The notes under the pieces: generated by a model
Told to the model about the DNA's origin: nothing
The model's input: the letters and a program-made list of their open reading frames with translations, nothing else
The model's database searches: none
Assembly: GCA_026770705.1 (NCBI GenBank)
Contig: JANJGN010000009.1
Coordinates: 24,800,001-24,864,000 of the forward strand
Direction of reading: 5' to 3'
From: Isurus oxyrinchus
Lineage: Eukaryota
Length of the DNA stretch: 64,000 nt
Shown: piece after piece, positions 27,264 to 39,705 of the stretch
Position numbering within the stretch: the stretch's first letter is position 1
Layout of the letters: each line of letters opens with the position of its first letter
Translations under genes and position numbers: made by a program

Positions 27264-28214
27264 TGTTACAAATATAAGGTTATGATGTTTTGGGGGGGTG
27301 TCTTTAACTTATGGCAAAATAAAAGGGGGTCATGTGACCTGTTCTGAAGTCTGCCTGACAGCAAGCCTGAGTGGTTTGATTGTTAAAGATTAAAGGTTTT
27401 TCTGGGAATAAGATTCAAGGTATTTACATTTGGAGACAATTGCTGCAGCCTGTGCACTAACAGTGGATAGACTGTGAGTCTCCAAAGTCCCAGTACAGCA
27501 TTGAGAATGTTTGTTTCTAAACAGTTGTGCTTTAAAAGATGCATTTACTGCCAAGATAAAAAGAATTGGGGTCTCAAGGATAGCTAATCAATACCAGACT
27601 CATGTGATTCACATTGCAATGGAGATGGGCTTTGAGAAGGGATGGATCCAAGATATCCCTGAAAACTCTCAGACAAAATTAGTCTACCAGGGTTCCAGAG
27701 GAAGAACAGCTATAGGCAGCAAGACACTGTGGGTCACCATGCAGGAATGAGGGTGGCAGTTCACATTCAGATTGAAAAGACTAAATTCATTAGGAGTTAT
27801 AACGAGGCTAGAAGATTTGCCTGGTTTGCACTGGAGGATGAATCTCCAGATGAAAAATCTTCACTGTGAAAGACAATTTTGTGATTAAAAGTTCCCAGGC
27901 TGAGAGAGATAAAGAACCTGGGAGCTAAGAATCATCTTGGATTAGTTCCAAGAGAATTGAATGTCTACTTAAAGGAAGTGTAAAGGATACCTGTGAAGTG
28001 TGTTCTTGGTTGCACTAAAAGAAAAAGGGGAACGTTCTGTTTCGTGGTTTAAGTATAAGCTGTCTAAAATATAACATTGAGTCAATAGTGTTTTTAGTCC
28101 TTTGTTACAGTAGAAGTCTTAAAATGTGAAATCTTATCATGTCTTCCTTTCAGCTGTTAACTTTAAAAAAGAAATTCAAACTTCCAGTTATCAGTCTCCA
28201 TGGAGACTGTAACA
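27264..28214 (+). mobile_element. Solo LTR (Gypsy-like)
   Basis: Perfect terminal inverted TGTTACA...TGTAACA; flanks ttaa/gtaa are a 4-bp TSD with one mismatch; 951 bp; no long ORF. Confidence 0.6.
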
Positions 28215-31200
28215 GTAATAATAGCCCTTGGGGAAATGTCAATAAAGAATTCTAGAACAGATGCATGAACAGATGCTACTGTTTTTTTCTAATCTGCAGC
28301 AGATGGTCTGTCAATCAAAGCAATCCAGCAGAGTGTTTTTTCTAAAACTCTCAGTGACAGCTACTGCCTGTTTCTTTTAAAGTTTAAAGAGCAGAGGATC
28401 TAAAAATCTTCACATCATGACAGTTATACAAATCTTATCCACCCTCCAAGAGGGCTTACATCTACTCCATCAATTCATGAGTCCCACATTGTGGTTAAGG
28501 CCTGGCCAAAATGGGGTCTATTGAACTCAACACTGAGTTCAAATGGCCCTGCAGAATTTGGGTTTCCTGCCAGTGTGAATCATGCCCCGCCTCCTTTCCA
28601 CTACCAGCAATAATTGGATCTGTTGGAAATGGGGGTCGGACTTTCATATCTGGGCCCTACCCACAATTTTTTTTAAGGTTCGCAGAGTTGTAAGGACTCT
28701 GTGAAAATCCAGTGCCATGATTTTCTACATTAAGACAGTGACTACACTTTAAAATTGGCGATAAAGTTTTTGGGACTTGTGACATCATGTAAGGAATTAT
28801 ATAAATGCAAGTTTCTTTTTCTTTCTATGATGGCATCCAGAAAACTTACCTAAGTTGATTACAGCAATAAACAGAACAACTTTTCTGTCTGATGCTAGGC
28901 CCTGCAAGAAAAGGACTTCACCACTTGGAGTCTTTCTGCCTATTAGGGATTTTGCCAGAAGTATAGATATGGGAGACCAGCAACTAGCAACCAAAATGGT
29001 TGACAAAATTATCTGAAAATCTCAGGTGCCTTTGATGCATTGCTCAACGTCCTACTCTCGAGTGAGGCCATTTATAAAACTTTTGTTGAAATGTATATCA
29101 TGGAAACAGCAACATATGTCAAAGTTTTGGCACATTAAAAAAAAATCTGCAACAGGGATTGAATAATTTATGAACTCATTGACATACCTGCTGTTTCCAT
29201 GTTCTGTGCTTCGACAAACATGAAATATTGGCTGGGTTTAAATTCTCCCTGTAAAGTTAGCCAAAGTATTGTGAGCCTGCATCATGCTGGTGCACATGCA
29301 CTGTTTATATCACTGTCACCAACAGTTTTCAGAAAAGTTCCCCTGCAAAAACAAAATCAAAGCATTGTTTGGCCAAAGAAACAATAAAAGAATAATGCAT
29401 TAATATTCCAGCCATTCATTTTATACACAAATCTAAAAAGAGTAGGATATGTAGATAAAACTGAATCTTAAGCTATTCCATGTATGTCAGCTGGATTCCA
29501 GGATAAGCTTCTCATTCACAGGCATTCAGGGTAGGAATCAAAATTGCAACAACTTCTCTCACTCCGTCAAGACCAATTCAACTGATTAATCTCGAAACTT
29601 CAATCCTCATTGAGGATGGGTTATGGTACTGCATCAATTGGTTTCCCACTTATACTCATCGCACCTCTGAAGGAGAGCTCAAAAGAAAATGCAGCCAGGT
29701 CTCCCTAATGCTTGGATAACTTAGCTAAATGGGAATGGTCTTCTAAAAAGGGGAAGGTTGAGTTGATTCAGTACACTGGAGGCTTGTCACAGCTTGCTTC
29801 ATGATGCTTGGATTTAATGGCCTCTTCCAATCACTCAAGCCACTATTCTTTTCAACCATTGCTGGAATGATTGAGTAAATTCATGGTTGAGTGACAGCTA
29901 CCACGCAAAGGCTTCTTGCAAATTCAGTAACTCTAAATTCTAAGCAGTCTTGTCGTTTGCTAAGGAGCATAAAATCTTACTCAGGGATGCAATGTTATCA
30001 TATCTATGACAGGATTAATGGAACATCGTGACAGCTACTCATTATCCCTAAACCAAAAGTTTTTTTTCCCCATAGGTTAGCAAAGTATGAACAAAGCAGT
30101 CCATTTAACTTTTTACCATTTTTAATTATCTAAATAAGTCAAAAGACTGTTATATTGAATCAAATTAAAGATGCCTGCCAACATGGTGTAATTTTGACAA
30201 CAGGTTTCTCATACTATAGAAAGAAAGCAGCAATGAGTAAAACAATGCACTATACAAAAATTAACAGGGAAGAGGTCACTTATAGTGCCTTGGCCCCAGA
30301 TGAATTTAAACAAGAAACAGAAAACAAATCCTGTGACAGCTTCCATTGTGGAAATTTCAGCCAAATCATGGAAATTTCAACCAAGACGAAATCTCTCCAA
30401 ATCTGAGGTCCCTGATTGACAGTGCTACTTAGCATTTTAAATTCCAGATACTGTTCACTGTCACTGAGATTTACTGCTTCATCCGAACTATTTAGAAATG
30501 AAACTGTATGTAGAGAGCAGCTGCATCCACTCTCGTGATGCACAGCAATCTGTGTTTTGCTTGTCACCACAAAGGACAGAGTGAGAGGAGCAATCAAAAG
30601 GTGTGAAACTTCAGGGGACTCCTCTCTTTTCTGTGACTTGTGAAAATAAAGGCAGCATTTCCTGACACCAGTGTCAGAATTTCTCCTCACGGAGGGAGAA
30701 TTTTTCCCCATACAAACGGTATTTGCTTATTGTTGCATACAATAGGTCAGAGTAATGTAATTGTTTATTATTGAGAACCTAATGTGAAGGGTCCAGGTTA
30801 ATAAGTGCAAGGCACCACCAAGGTTGAAAAGAGTAAAAGAGATGAGATAAACCAAGAAATAGGAACTAGGTAGCACCAAGCTTGTAACGGGGGTATTGAT
30901 AGGTGCTTCTGGATGAATGAATTACAATGAACTGAAAGGATTCTTCCTTCCATAATTATTTTGTAATCTTATACAAGCCTGAGGATTGGAGAAGGAAGAA
31001 AGATCAAGAGGGGTAAGGAACCACAGTTCTGAAAAAATGAACTAGAATGAACTAAACCCCTGCAATTAGTCTGAGAGGATACAGGGAGAAGAAAGAACTT
31101 GTATCTGCACTTTGAAAACAGCTAGGCAGGAAAGTTCAGAGGAGCACCGAATATTGCAGTAGTAGTGAAATAAAGAGAAACAAAGAAGGTTGCAACATAT

Positions 31201-31414
31201 AGCCGGAAGCTGGGAATGACATCTGGAGCACTTAGTGGTTAATTTGTTTGTTCCTGAATCTACAAAAAGTGTTATGTGACTCCAGATTTGGGTTGAACTT
31301 TATGGATAATTAATTGATGGAAAATGAAGGGCTTAACTTACTTTAATCTAATAACTCACAATTTGCATGCATTTAGTTTCTATATATGTATTTATAATCT
31401 GTTTATGTTTATGA

Positions 31415-32290
31415 GCATTTGTGGCAAGGCCAGCATTTATTGCCCATTTTTAATTATCCCTGAGAAGATGGTGGTGAGCTGTCTTCTCAAACTGCTGTAG
31501 TCCGCGAGATGTAGGAACCCCCATTGTGCTATTAAGTAGGAAGTTCCAAAGTTTTGACCAAATAACAGTGAAGAGATGATGATATATTTACCAGTCAGGA
31601 TGGTGTGTGATTTGGAGGAGAACTTGAAGGGAGCATGTGCCGGGGAACATACTGAGCTAGCACAAGCTGAACAGAAGGTTTTCAAACGTGACAAACAGAT
31701 GGTCAGATTGGTGGCATATGATGCAGAAGAGCAGCACTGAGAACAATGAACTTGAATAAAAACATTGCTAATTTGCATCATTAGATCAGATATGGGAAAA
31801 TCCGCTGTCTCAGGAAACCAATACCATACATAGATTTTGCAGTTGGCGGTTCCCCCATGTGCTTGTTTCCCTTATTTTTCTTGGCAGTAGAATTCACAGG
31901 TTTGGAAGGTGCCGCTGAAGAAGCCTTGGTAACTTGCTGCAGTACATCTTGTAGATGGTACATACTGCAGCCGCAGGTAGAGGGAGTGAATGTTCAAGCT
32001 GCTGGATGGAATGTCAATCAAGCAGCTTGTTTTGTCCTACATGGTGTCAAGCTCTTTAACGGTGTCAAGTTTCTTGAGTGTTGTTGGAGTTGCACTCATT
32101 CAGGCAAGTGGGGAGTATTCTAACACACACGGGACTTGTGCCTTGTAGATGGTGGAAAGACTTTGGGGAAGTAAGTTACTCACCACAGAATACTCAGCCT
32201 CTGATTTGCTCTTATAGCCATGGTATGTATATATGTGGTACATATGTGTCTAGTTAAGTTTCTGGTCAATGGTGGATACATCAGGTAGTC
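31415..32290 (-). mobile_element. LINE 3' fragment (CR1/L2 group), interrupted at ~31640-31850
   Basis: Tail gggcaataaatgctggcct shared with SINEs at 44650 and 47495; related pieces at 35060-35400 (-) and 37380-37690 (+). Confidence 0.6.
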
Positions 32291-33082
32291 CTCTCTGTAC
32301 CAGTTGGAATGAAGGGAGAAAATGAGCAGGGAGCTGGTGTCAGTCACAAGTTTACCTATGCTCTTGAACATCTATATCAATGTTGGCATGAAACCCAAGA
32401 GAAGCTGAGTGAGTGAGTGAGTGACTGCCTCAGCTAAAAGAACCTTCTGTGCAGTCAACTTGTTCTGAGCCAAGAACCAATGATGAATTAGCATCCTGAA
32501 AGAGAAGGTTTCTAAAACCTATTCTTTTCTGGAGGAACTTCCTGACTTAGCTCTTGTTGATAGAAATTAGAACCCTCTGGTACTGATAGCAAAGGAAGCA
32601 AAGACTATTTCTAACTGATTGAAGCTCAATAAAAATAACATATCAAGATTGATGCTTTATCAATCTAATAATAGTAGAAATTACAATAATGGCAAAATCT
32701 AAATGCTGAATGTTTTAATTTTCATGATTATAATAGTAGTTTGATGCCAATGCTTCTTCATTAAAGTGCATTAAGGCTACCCTGTTTCTCCTAAGACCAG
32801 AAAAATAAAACAGTTTGTTTCTAATTATTTCAAGTTCTTTTAGGAAAAAACACCTTATAATCTGTTATTACTTTATAATCTGTGATGCAGGCTACTTTCT
32901 CCAGCCTTACCTTATGTCCATTAAGCTAGATTTGGTGTACTGTTTGTAGCTTAAGTTTTCGTCAAAATATATGAAATGTAATACCCTTTTATGACATTTT
33001 TCAAGGGCTAAATCCATTAAAAATGTAAATTCTTCTTTTAAAACTATCAAATAATCATCTTATGCTGTAATTAATTCCTTAC

Positions 33083-33205
33083 CATGTAGATTGACCCCAT
33101 TAAGCTGTGCCATACTGTGGTCCTGTCCATCCAAGTCTTTTTCTTATTCATCCATCAATTTTGCACATTATTCTTTATTTCATGAATCACTTGTTTTCAG
33201 CCACT
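33083..33205 (-). CDS. nexmif: Candidate NEXMIF exon 2 (first coding exon); usable CDS 33113-33083
   Basis: Acceptor tgtacttacag|A at 33206/33205 and donor G|GTAAGG at 33083/33082, phase 1, in frame with the large exon. Reads MDE*EKDLDGQDHSMAQLNGVNLH|E versus recalled human MDNQQDK...LINGVKEN|D. 123 nt with a 50-nt leader, similar to recalled human exon 2. Confidence 0.65.
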
Positions 33206-33984
33206 CTGTAAGTACATTAAAATAGTCTATTTATCCAGTACAAAAGCCACACAACTGTAACTGCAGACATAAAAAAACAGCTCATCCAGCATTTTACTGC
33301 GGTTAATAATACAAGCTTGTCTATTGTCTTCACAGGGACACATATTTCACCACTAGTTCACTTGCAACAATAGTTACATGGATTGCAGGGAATGTTTTTA
33401 TGAGTGATGTTTTTATATATACGTGGAGGTTAGGGGAGCACAAGGTTAATGTCTCCATTGTTCTACAAAACAATAGTGGTGTAATTACTATCACTCCATC
33501 TATAGCAGATATGAACCAAATCAGACTGCACTGATCTCTGAAATGAATGGATTTATCGCCATCATTGCTGCAGCCGTTCAGAAGATATCACTATCATAGG
33601 CAGCTCAATCTCAGTAATCACAGAACAGGTGTTTTTTCTAAATGATTAATATTATTCAGTTCTTCTGATTTCACATTCTTCTAAAAGCAAATGTTTTAAC
33701 TGTTAATGCATTCATTTGATCACCATGAAGACCCTTACTACGCTATTTTCCTTTTATACATCTACATGTAGAAAGATAATGAGGGTAATGTCGAGAATTC
33801 TTAAGTTTTGTTGAGATTTTCCCAATTTATATTCAAGCAGACTGTCAGACACAGTAGGTATGCTATACTTTGACCAGGTAGTTACTATTCACAAGTGGAC
33901 TCACATAGCGGTGTCAGTTGGCTATCCATATGTGAGGCATTGGGGCTAAGATTATTCAGTTTCCATACTCAAGAATTTTAGAAA

Positions 33985-34265
33985 GAAAAAGACTTACATT
34001 CATATAGCATCTTTTATAACCTTCAGGACATGCTTTACAAATTTTTTTTGAAAGAGTAGTCACTGTTGTAATGCAGGAAATGCAGCAGCCAACACGTGCA
34101 CAAGAAGCTCCCACAAAAGCAATGTGATAACAATCGGATAATATGTTTTCAGTAATGGTGATTGGGGGATAAATATTGGCTAAGATAGTGGGGATAACTC
34201 CCCAACTCTTCTTCAAAATATTATTTTACATTCACTTAAGATAGTAGACAGCGCCTCAGTTTAAT
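33985..34265 (-). mobile_element. Deu-domain SINE fragment
   Basis: Reverse complement of the Deu core and tail (gtagtcactgttgtaatg..caagaagctcccacaa..gggataaatattggc). Confidence 0.8.
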
Positions 34266-35409
34266 AAGAACCCTGGCTGATTTTCCCTTGTCTTGAAGAC
34301 ATCTGGCTGTCCTATCTAGGATTAGTCACCTCAGTACCAAACTTGCAGCTTTCACTTTGATGGTATTGCATCATGCTACAAACTGTCTACCTATTGAGAC
34401 ATTAGAGCTTTAAAACAAGCCAAAACAGTGTTCTCACCAGGGAAATAAAGTGATTGTGCTAGCTAAAGAGTTAACTTTCACCTGCCATCTGACTTGCTGC
34501 ATCAGTGATTAAACTTCGTATTCACAATATCCCTTCTAAAGGTAAATTAAATAGACTTGTTTCAGATCCCAGTTAACTGTCTTAATGTTAGTTACATGCT
34601 CCGCTCTCTTAAAAATAGATTGCTAGTGACCTGGGGGAAAAGTTCAGCCCTGATCCACCTCACATTACATGGTAACACACATGCATTGTGCACATTGTGG
34701 GATTAGATGCACATCTGCCCACTGGCAAAAACAATATGAGACACTGACATAACCAGTTTCGTCCAGCACCTGCCAGGTTGCATTAATGCACCAAAGCCAC
34801 TTCCCAGGAAGCAAACAGAACTGTTTATGAAATTCAGCCTTTACTTTTTTTTCTCCCTTTGTACAGGTATGATCCCTCTTTTGTCTGCTGCTTAAGTCAG
34901 CTAGTCTTCTCATGCATCACGTACTATTCATGGCCAAGCTACTCAAATGCAAGGTCCTCCTTATTGATCTAGGGAAATAGGGAACCAGTAGGTAAATTGG
35001 AAGAGATATCCATGATACAGCTTTAAAAACTTATACCCTTAGGATGCAGGCAATGCTTCTATTACCCCTCGACCCTAGCTGCCCTGAGAAAGTGATGGAG
35101 GGCCTTCTCCTTTAATTGCTGCACACCTTGTGAAAACGGTGCTTTCATAATGGTGTTAAGTATGGGACTCTTGGGCATTCGCCCAGGAATGATGGAAGAA
35201 TGGTGATTAGGTCCAAATAGAGCACTGCATGAATCGGAAGGAGACTTTTGAGGTGATGGTGTTCCTGTCATAATGCCGTTCTTATCCTTCTTGATGGTTG
35301 ATACCAGTGGAGAAAGTAAACTTGATGTGTTGCTCAGTGCATCTTGTAGATACTTCAACCATAGTGTCCTGGTGATGAAGATAGATAGAATCCAATGGGA
35401 AGCTTCACA

Positions 35410-36310
35410 GAATCACAGAATTGGTACAGCACAGGAGGCCGCCATTTGGCCCATCACATCTGTGCCAGCTCTATAGAAGAGCAATTTACCTAATGCCACT
35501 CCCTCGCCTTCTTCCCATAGCCCTGCACACTCTTCCTTTTCAGATAATAATCCAATCCCCTTGAATGCCTTGATTGAACCTACCTACCCCACAGTACATT
35601 CCAGATTCCAATCATTCGCTGCGTGAAAATGTTTCTCATGTCTCCATTGTTTCTTTTACCAAGTATTTTAAATCTTTGTCCTCATGTTCTCGATTCTTCC
35701 ACCAATGGGAACAGTTTTTCCTCATCCACTCAGTCCCGATCCCTCATGATTTTAAATACCTCCATCAAATCTCCTCTGAACCTTTTTTTTCTCCAACAGT
35801 CCCAACTTCTATCTATTGACTTAACTGAAGTTTCCGAGCTCTGAAACCTTTCTGTACTCTCTCATGCCTTCAGTTCTTTCCTAAAGTGTGGCACCCAGAA
35901 CTGGATGCAACACTCCAGTTGAGACCAAATCAATGTTGTACACAAATTTAACATAACTTCCTTGCTTTTGTACTCTATGCCCCTATCAATAAAGCCTAGG
36001 ATGCTGTATGCTCTATTAACTGCTCTCTCAACATGTCCTACCACCTTCAATGACTCATGCACTTATACACCCAGGTCCCTCTGTTCCTGCACCCAGTTTA
36101 GAATTGCAAGCTTTATTTTATATTGTCTCTCCACGTTCTTCCTGCCAAAATGAAATATTTCACACTTCTGTGTTAAATTTCATCTGCCACTTGTCCATAC
36201 ACTCCACCAACCTGTCTATGTCTGTTTGAAGTTCTACATTATCCAGTTCACAGTTCACAATGCTTCCAAGTTTTGTATCATCTGCAAATTTTGAAATTGT
36301 GCCCTGTACA
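35410..36310 (-). mobile_element. CR1-like LINE 3' fragment
   Basis: ORF 35862-36062 ..ILGFIDRGIEYKSKEVMLNL..QLECCIQFWVPHFRK; tail cacagaatcacagaat. Confidence 0.88.
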
Positions 36311-37833
36311 AGGTTGATCAAGGAAAGTGATCTGCGCTGGATAGTATCAAGCTTGAGTTTTGTTGTTCCATTTTTGGCACTACAAAATACAAGCCTACCA
36401 GCTTATGTTGTTTCAACTACAAATATCCAGTTTCTCCTGGAGCTTCCAATCTACAGCCAACATTCAGGACTACCTGGTCATCCTGAACCACTTGGGATTG
36501 TCAGTATGCTTGTGTCATGGCATAAAGTGGCTTTTAATTTGTTGCTAAATCAGCCTCAAAAGGAATGTAAGCAGTGGAGGATGGAGAGAAGTGCAAAGTG
36601 GTTCATTTGGCATCAGATTTCCAAAACCCTGAGAAAAAGGGAAAGTGCCTGCACTCTTCTGCTTTGTGATGTGTACTGGCCAAAGTGTTATCCATTTGAA
36701 AATTACCTGTTATATGTATAATATCTGTTTTACAAGCTCATCTTAAGTAACTTCAGAAGCAAAAGAGTGACAGGATTGCCACTCCCATTGCTTAAACTAT
36801 AAAGGGTGTGTGGGTGTACAATAATGTAGAACTCAAGATAAGCTTCTTGACAGAAAGATTGGTAGGTCGCATACATCAGTCCAACAACTTAATCCTTCAA
36901 TTTCATACTGATGTAAATTCACAAGTATATTACCACTACTTAATAGCAGTATGTGAGAAATATTGAAGATATAATGTATGTAGTGTTCAAGAGCCATGAT
37001 GTTGAATAGTTTTATCATGCTGTAGTGCTAGGTGAGGTATTTTAGCATTAGGATAATACAAATGAGGTGCTCTAAACATTATATGAACCTATTATAAAGT
37101 CAAGAGGTTACTATAATTTAAAACATCTAATTATTTTCATAGATACAGAAAATGCTGGAAACATGAGCAATTTGATTAGCGACTGAACAAAACTAACAAC
37201 ACAGGCAGGAATTGTATCAGAATCAGGGCTGTACTTTAGCAGCCCGGCTGAAGCATTAACCAAGCCATTTCATTCAGGTGCGGAATGACCAACTGTCCTT
37301 TTAAGGGTATTTTACTCTTATTTCAGGTTTCCAATAGTCATACATCTAAGTAGGCAGTTGGATTGGTAGCCCATCTACTGAATTAAACATCCGTTCCCTC
37401 TACTGTGTGTGTGCCATAGCTGCATCTACAGGATGCCCTGCAACAGCTCAAAGGTTTCTTTGACATGTCCTCCAAACCTGTGACCTCTCCCACCCTGATG
37501 GACAAGGGTAGCAGGTGCATGACAACACCATCACCTCCAAGTTTCCCTCCAAGTGACAAATCATCTCAAAAAAATCTATCCTTAACTGTTGCTGAGTCAA
37601 ATTCTCTACTATGAGCATTGAAGGAGTATCCTCACTATATGGGCTGTAGTAATTCAAGAAGGGCAAATGTTCCCACATCCTGAGAATGAGTTTTTAAGAT
37701 ATAGAAAATGCAGACCTGAAATCTATATGCTAAAATTTTACAAGGTCCTTTGCCATCAGCAGGGTGGCAGATCAAACCAGCACAAATTGGAATAATTGCC
37801 TGTGATTTTTCATTACCAACTGGTCATGTGTGA

Positions 37834-38524
37834 TAAAAGCAAAAAACTGCGGATGCTGGAAATCCAAAACAAAAATAAAAATACCTGGAAAAACTCAGCA
37901 GGTCTGGCAGCATCTGCGGAGACGAACACAGTTAACGTTTCGAGTCCGTATGACTCTTCAACAGAACTAAGTGAAAATAGAAAAGAGGTGAAATATAAGC
38001 TTGTTTAAGGTGGGTGGGTGGGGGTGGGGGGGGGGGCGGGGTAGAGCTGGATAGAGGGCCAGTGATAGGTGGAGATAGCCAAAAGATGTCAGACAAAAGG
38101 ACAAAGAGGTGTTGAAGGTGGTAATATTATCTAAGGAATGTGCTAATTAAGGGTAGAAAGTAGGACAAGCAAGGTACAGATAGCCCTAGTGGGGGTGGCC
38201 TATTTCGATTCCTTCACCCCACTCCACGCCCACTGTATCTTGCTTGTCCTGCTTTCTACCCTTAATTAGCATATTCCTCAGATAATATTACCACCTTCAA
38301 CACCTCTTTGTCCTTTTGTCTATGACATCTTTTGGCTATCTCCACCTATCACTGGCCCTCTATCCAGCTCTACCCCCCCTCCTCCCTTAAACCAGCTTAT
38401 ATTTCACCTGTTTTCTATTTTTACTTAGTTCTGTTGAAGAGTCTTACGGACTTGAAACGTTAATTGAGTTCCTCACTGCAGGTGCTGCCAGACCTGCTGA
38501 GTTTTTCCAGGTATTTTTATTTTT
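37834..38524. mobile_element. Non-coding fold-back Penelope-derived element (~690 bp)
   Basis: Two inverted PLE 3'-end arms. Hammerhead motifs at 37930-37968 (-) and 38427-38465 (+), both CUGUUGA. TSD gtcatgtgtga at 37823-37833 and 38525-38535. Confidence 0.9.
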
Positions 38525-39059
38525 GTCATGTGTGAGACCTCACTGACTGGAGAGGGCCTCAAATTTTACCTTATGTGTAAAGGAATATGATGGCAGTTAA
38601 CTTTATCAACTAGGTCTGGAGTTGTGCAACTTTATCTTACAGCTTTCCCAATGGCTCAGTGGTTTTGCTCAGTAAGTAGCTGATTGTCCAGGGTTAGGTT
38701 CAGTCCCTAGACTATGCCAAGGTACCACTTCTCAGTTGGGTGGATTTAAGAGCATTACAATTGATCTAGAATTGCTGATGCTGATTGGATGTATTCCAGG
38801 AGTTATCACATGATTTCTTGCCTCCATCCTCTTCACCACACCCCCCTGCCATTGGTCACCTGGCATGTCCACCCTCATGATGCACCACCTTCCTATTCTA
38901 TTATAAAGTAAAATGGCTCTTGTGCATTATTCAACTTATTAGTTGAATCTTGACTGTCAAGCAAACAGCCTTTTTACCCCCCAGCATCTCCAATATTAAA
39001 CAAAAGCGTTAAAAGAAAATGGAAAAAAATTCCATGCAAAGTAATTGCTGAAGACTAGT

Positions 39060-39705
39060 GGGTAGGTACAATAAACAATTTAAAAGGCCAGTGGAATATT
39101 AGTCTTTATCTTGAAAAAATTGAAATACAAATTGTGCTACTGTTGTAAAAGAAGTTTAGGTTTACCACATGTGGATTAGTGCATTCCGTTCTGAATGCTG
39201 TTCCTCAGGAAAGTCCTGAAGGGATTGCAGTATAGATTTACCAGCATAATATCAGGGCTAATAGGGTTAAATTATGAGAACAGGTTGCATAGACTAGGCT
39301 TGTATTCCCTTGAGTTTAGAAGATTAAGCTGTGAACTAATTAAGTGTTTAAGATGATTAAAGAAGTTGATAGGGCAGAGACATAGACATCGTTTCCTCTA
39401 GTGGAGGTGTCCAGAACAAAGCAACATAATTTTAAATTAAGAACTAGGCCATTACGGGGTGAAGTCAGGAAGTACTTCTTCACAAAGGTTAGTGTAAATC
39501 TGGAACTCTCCCTGAAAAAGATGAAATTGAGCCTTGGAGGATCAATTGAATATTTCAAAACAGATTGATAGAAGATTTTTCTCAGGTAAAGGTTTTTGGG
39601 GACATGGAACCAATACTTGTAAATGGACTTAAGATGCAGCTCAAGTCATGATCTAACTGAATAGCAGAACAGGGGGCTGGATGGCCAGCCCCCATTCCTA
39701 TTTTT
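39060..39705 (+). mobile_element. CR1-like LINE 3' fragment (old)
   Basis: ..aaattatgagaacaggttgcatagactaggcttgtattcccttgagtttagaagatta.. (NYE.RL.RLGLYSLEFRRL) followed by a CR1-type 3' end. Confidence 0.8.

Noticed and set aside
28850-28901. 52-nt candidate cassette exon (cttttcttgcag| ... AG|GTAAGT)
   Set aside because: Splice-like signals arise by chance in long introns; frame-breaking and otherwise unsupported.
29188-29248. 61-nt open stretch with good acceptor and donor on the minus strand (GEFKPSQYFMFVEAQNMETA)
   Set aside because: No similarity to the NEXMIF N-terminus, and 61 nt would frameshift between exon 2 and the large exon; 33083-33205 fits better.
30280-30711. 143-aa minus-strand intronic ORF
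   Set aside because: No recognisable domain or convincing splice context.
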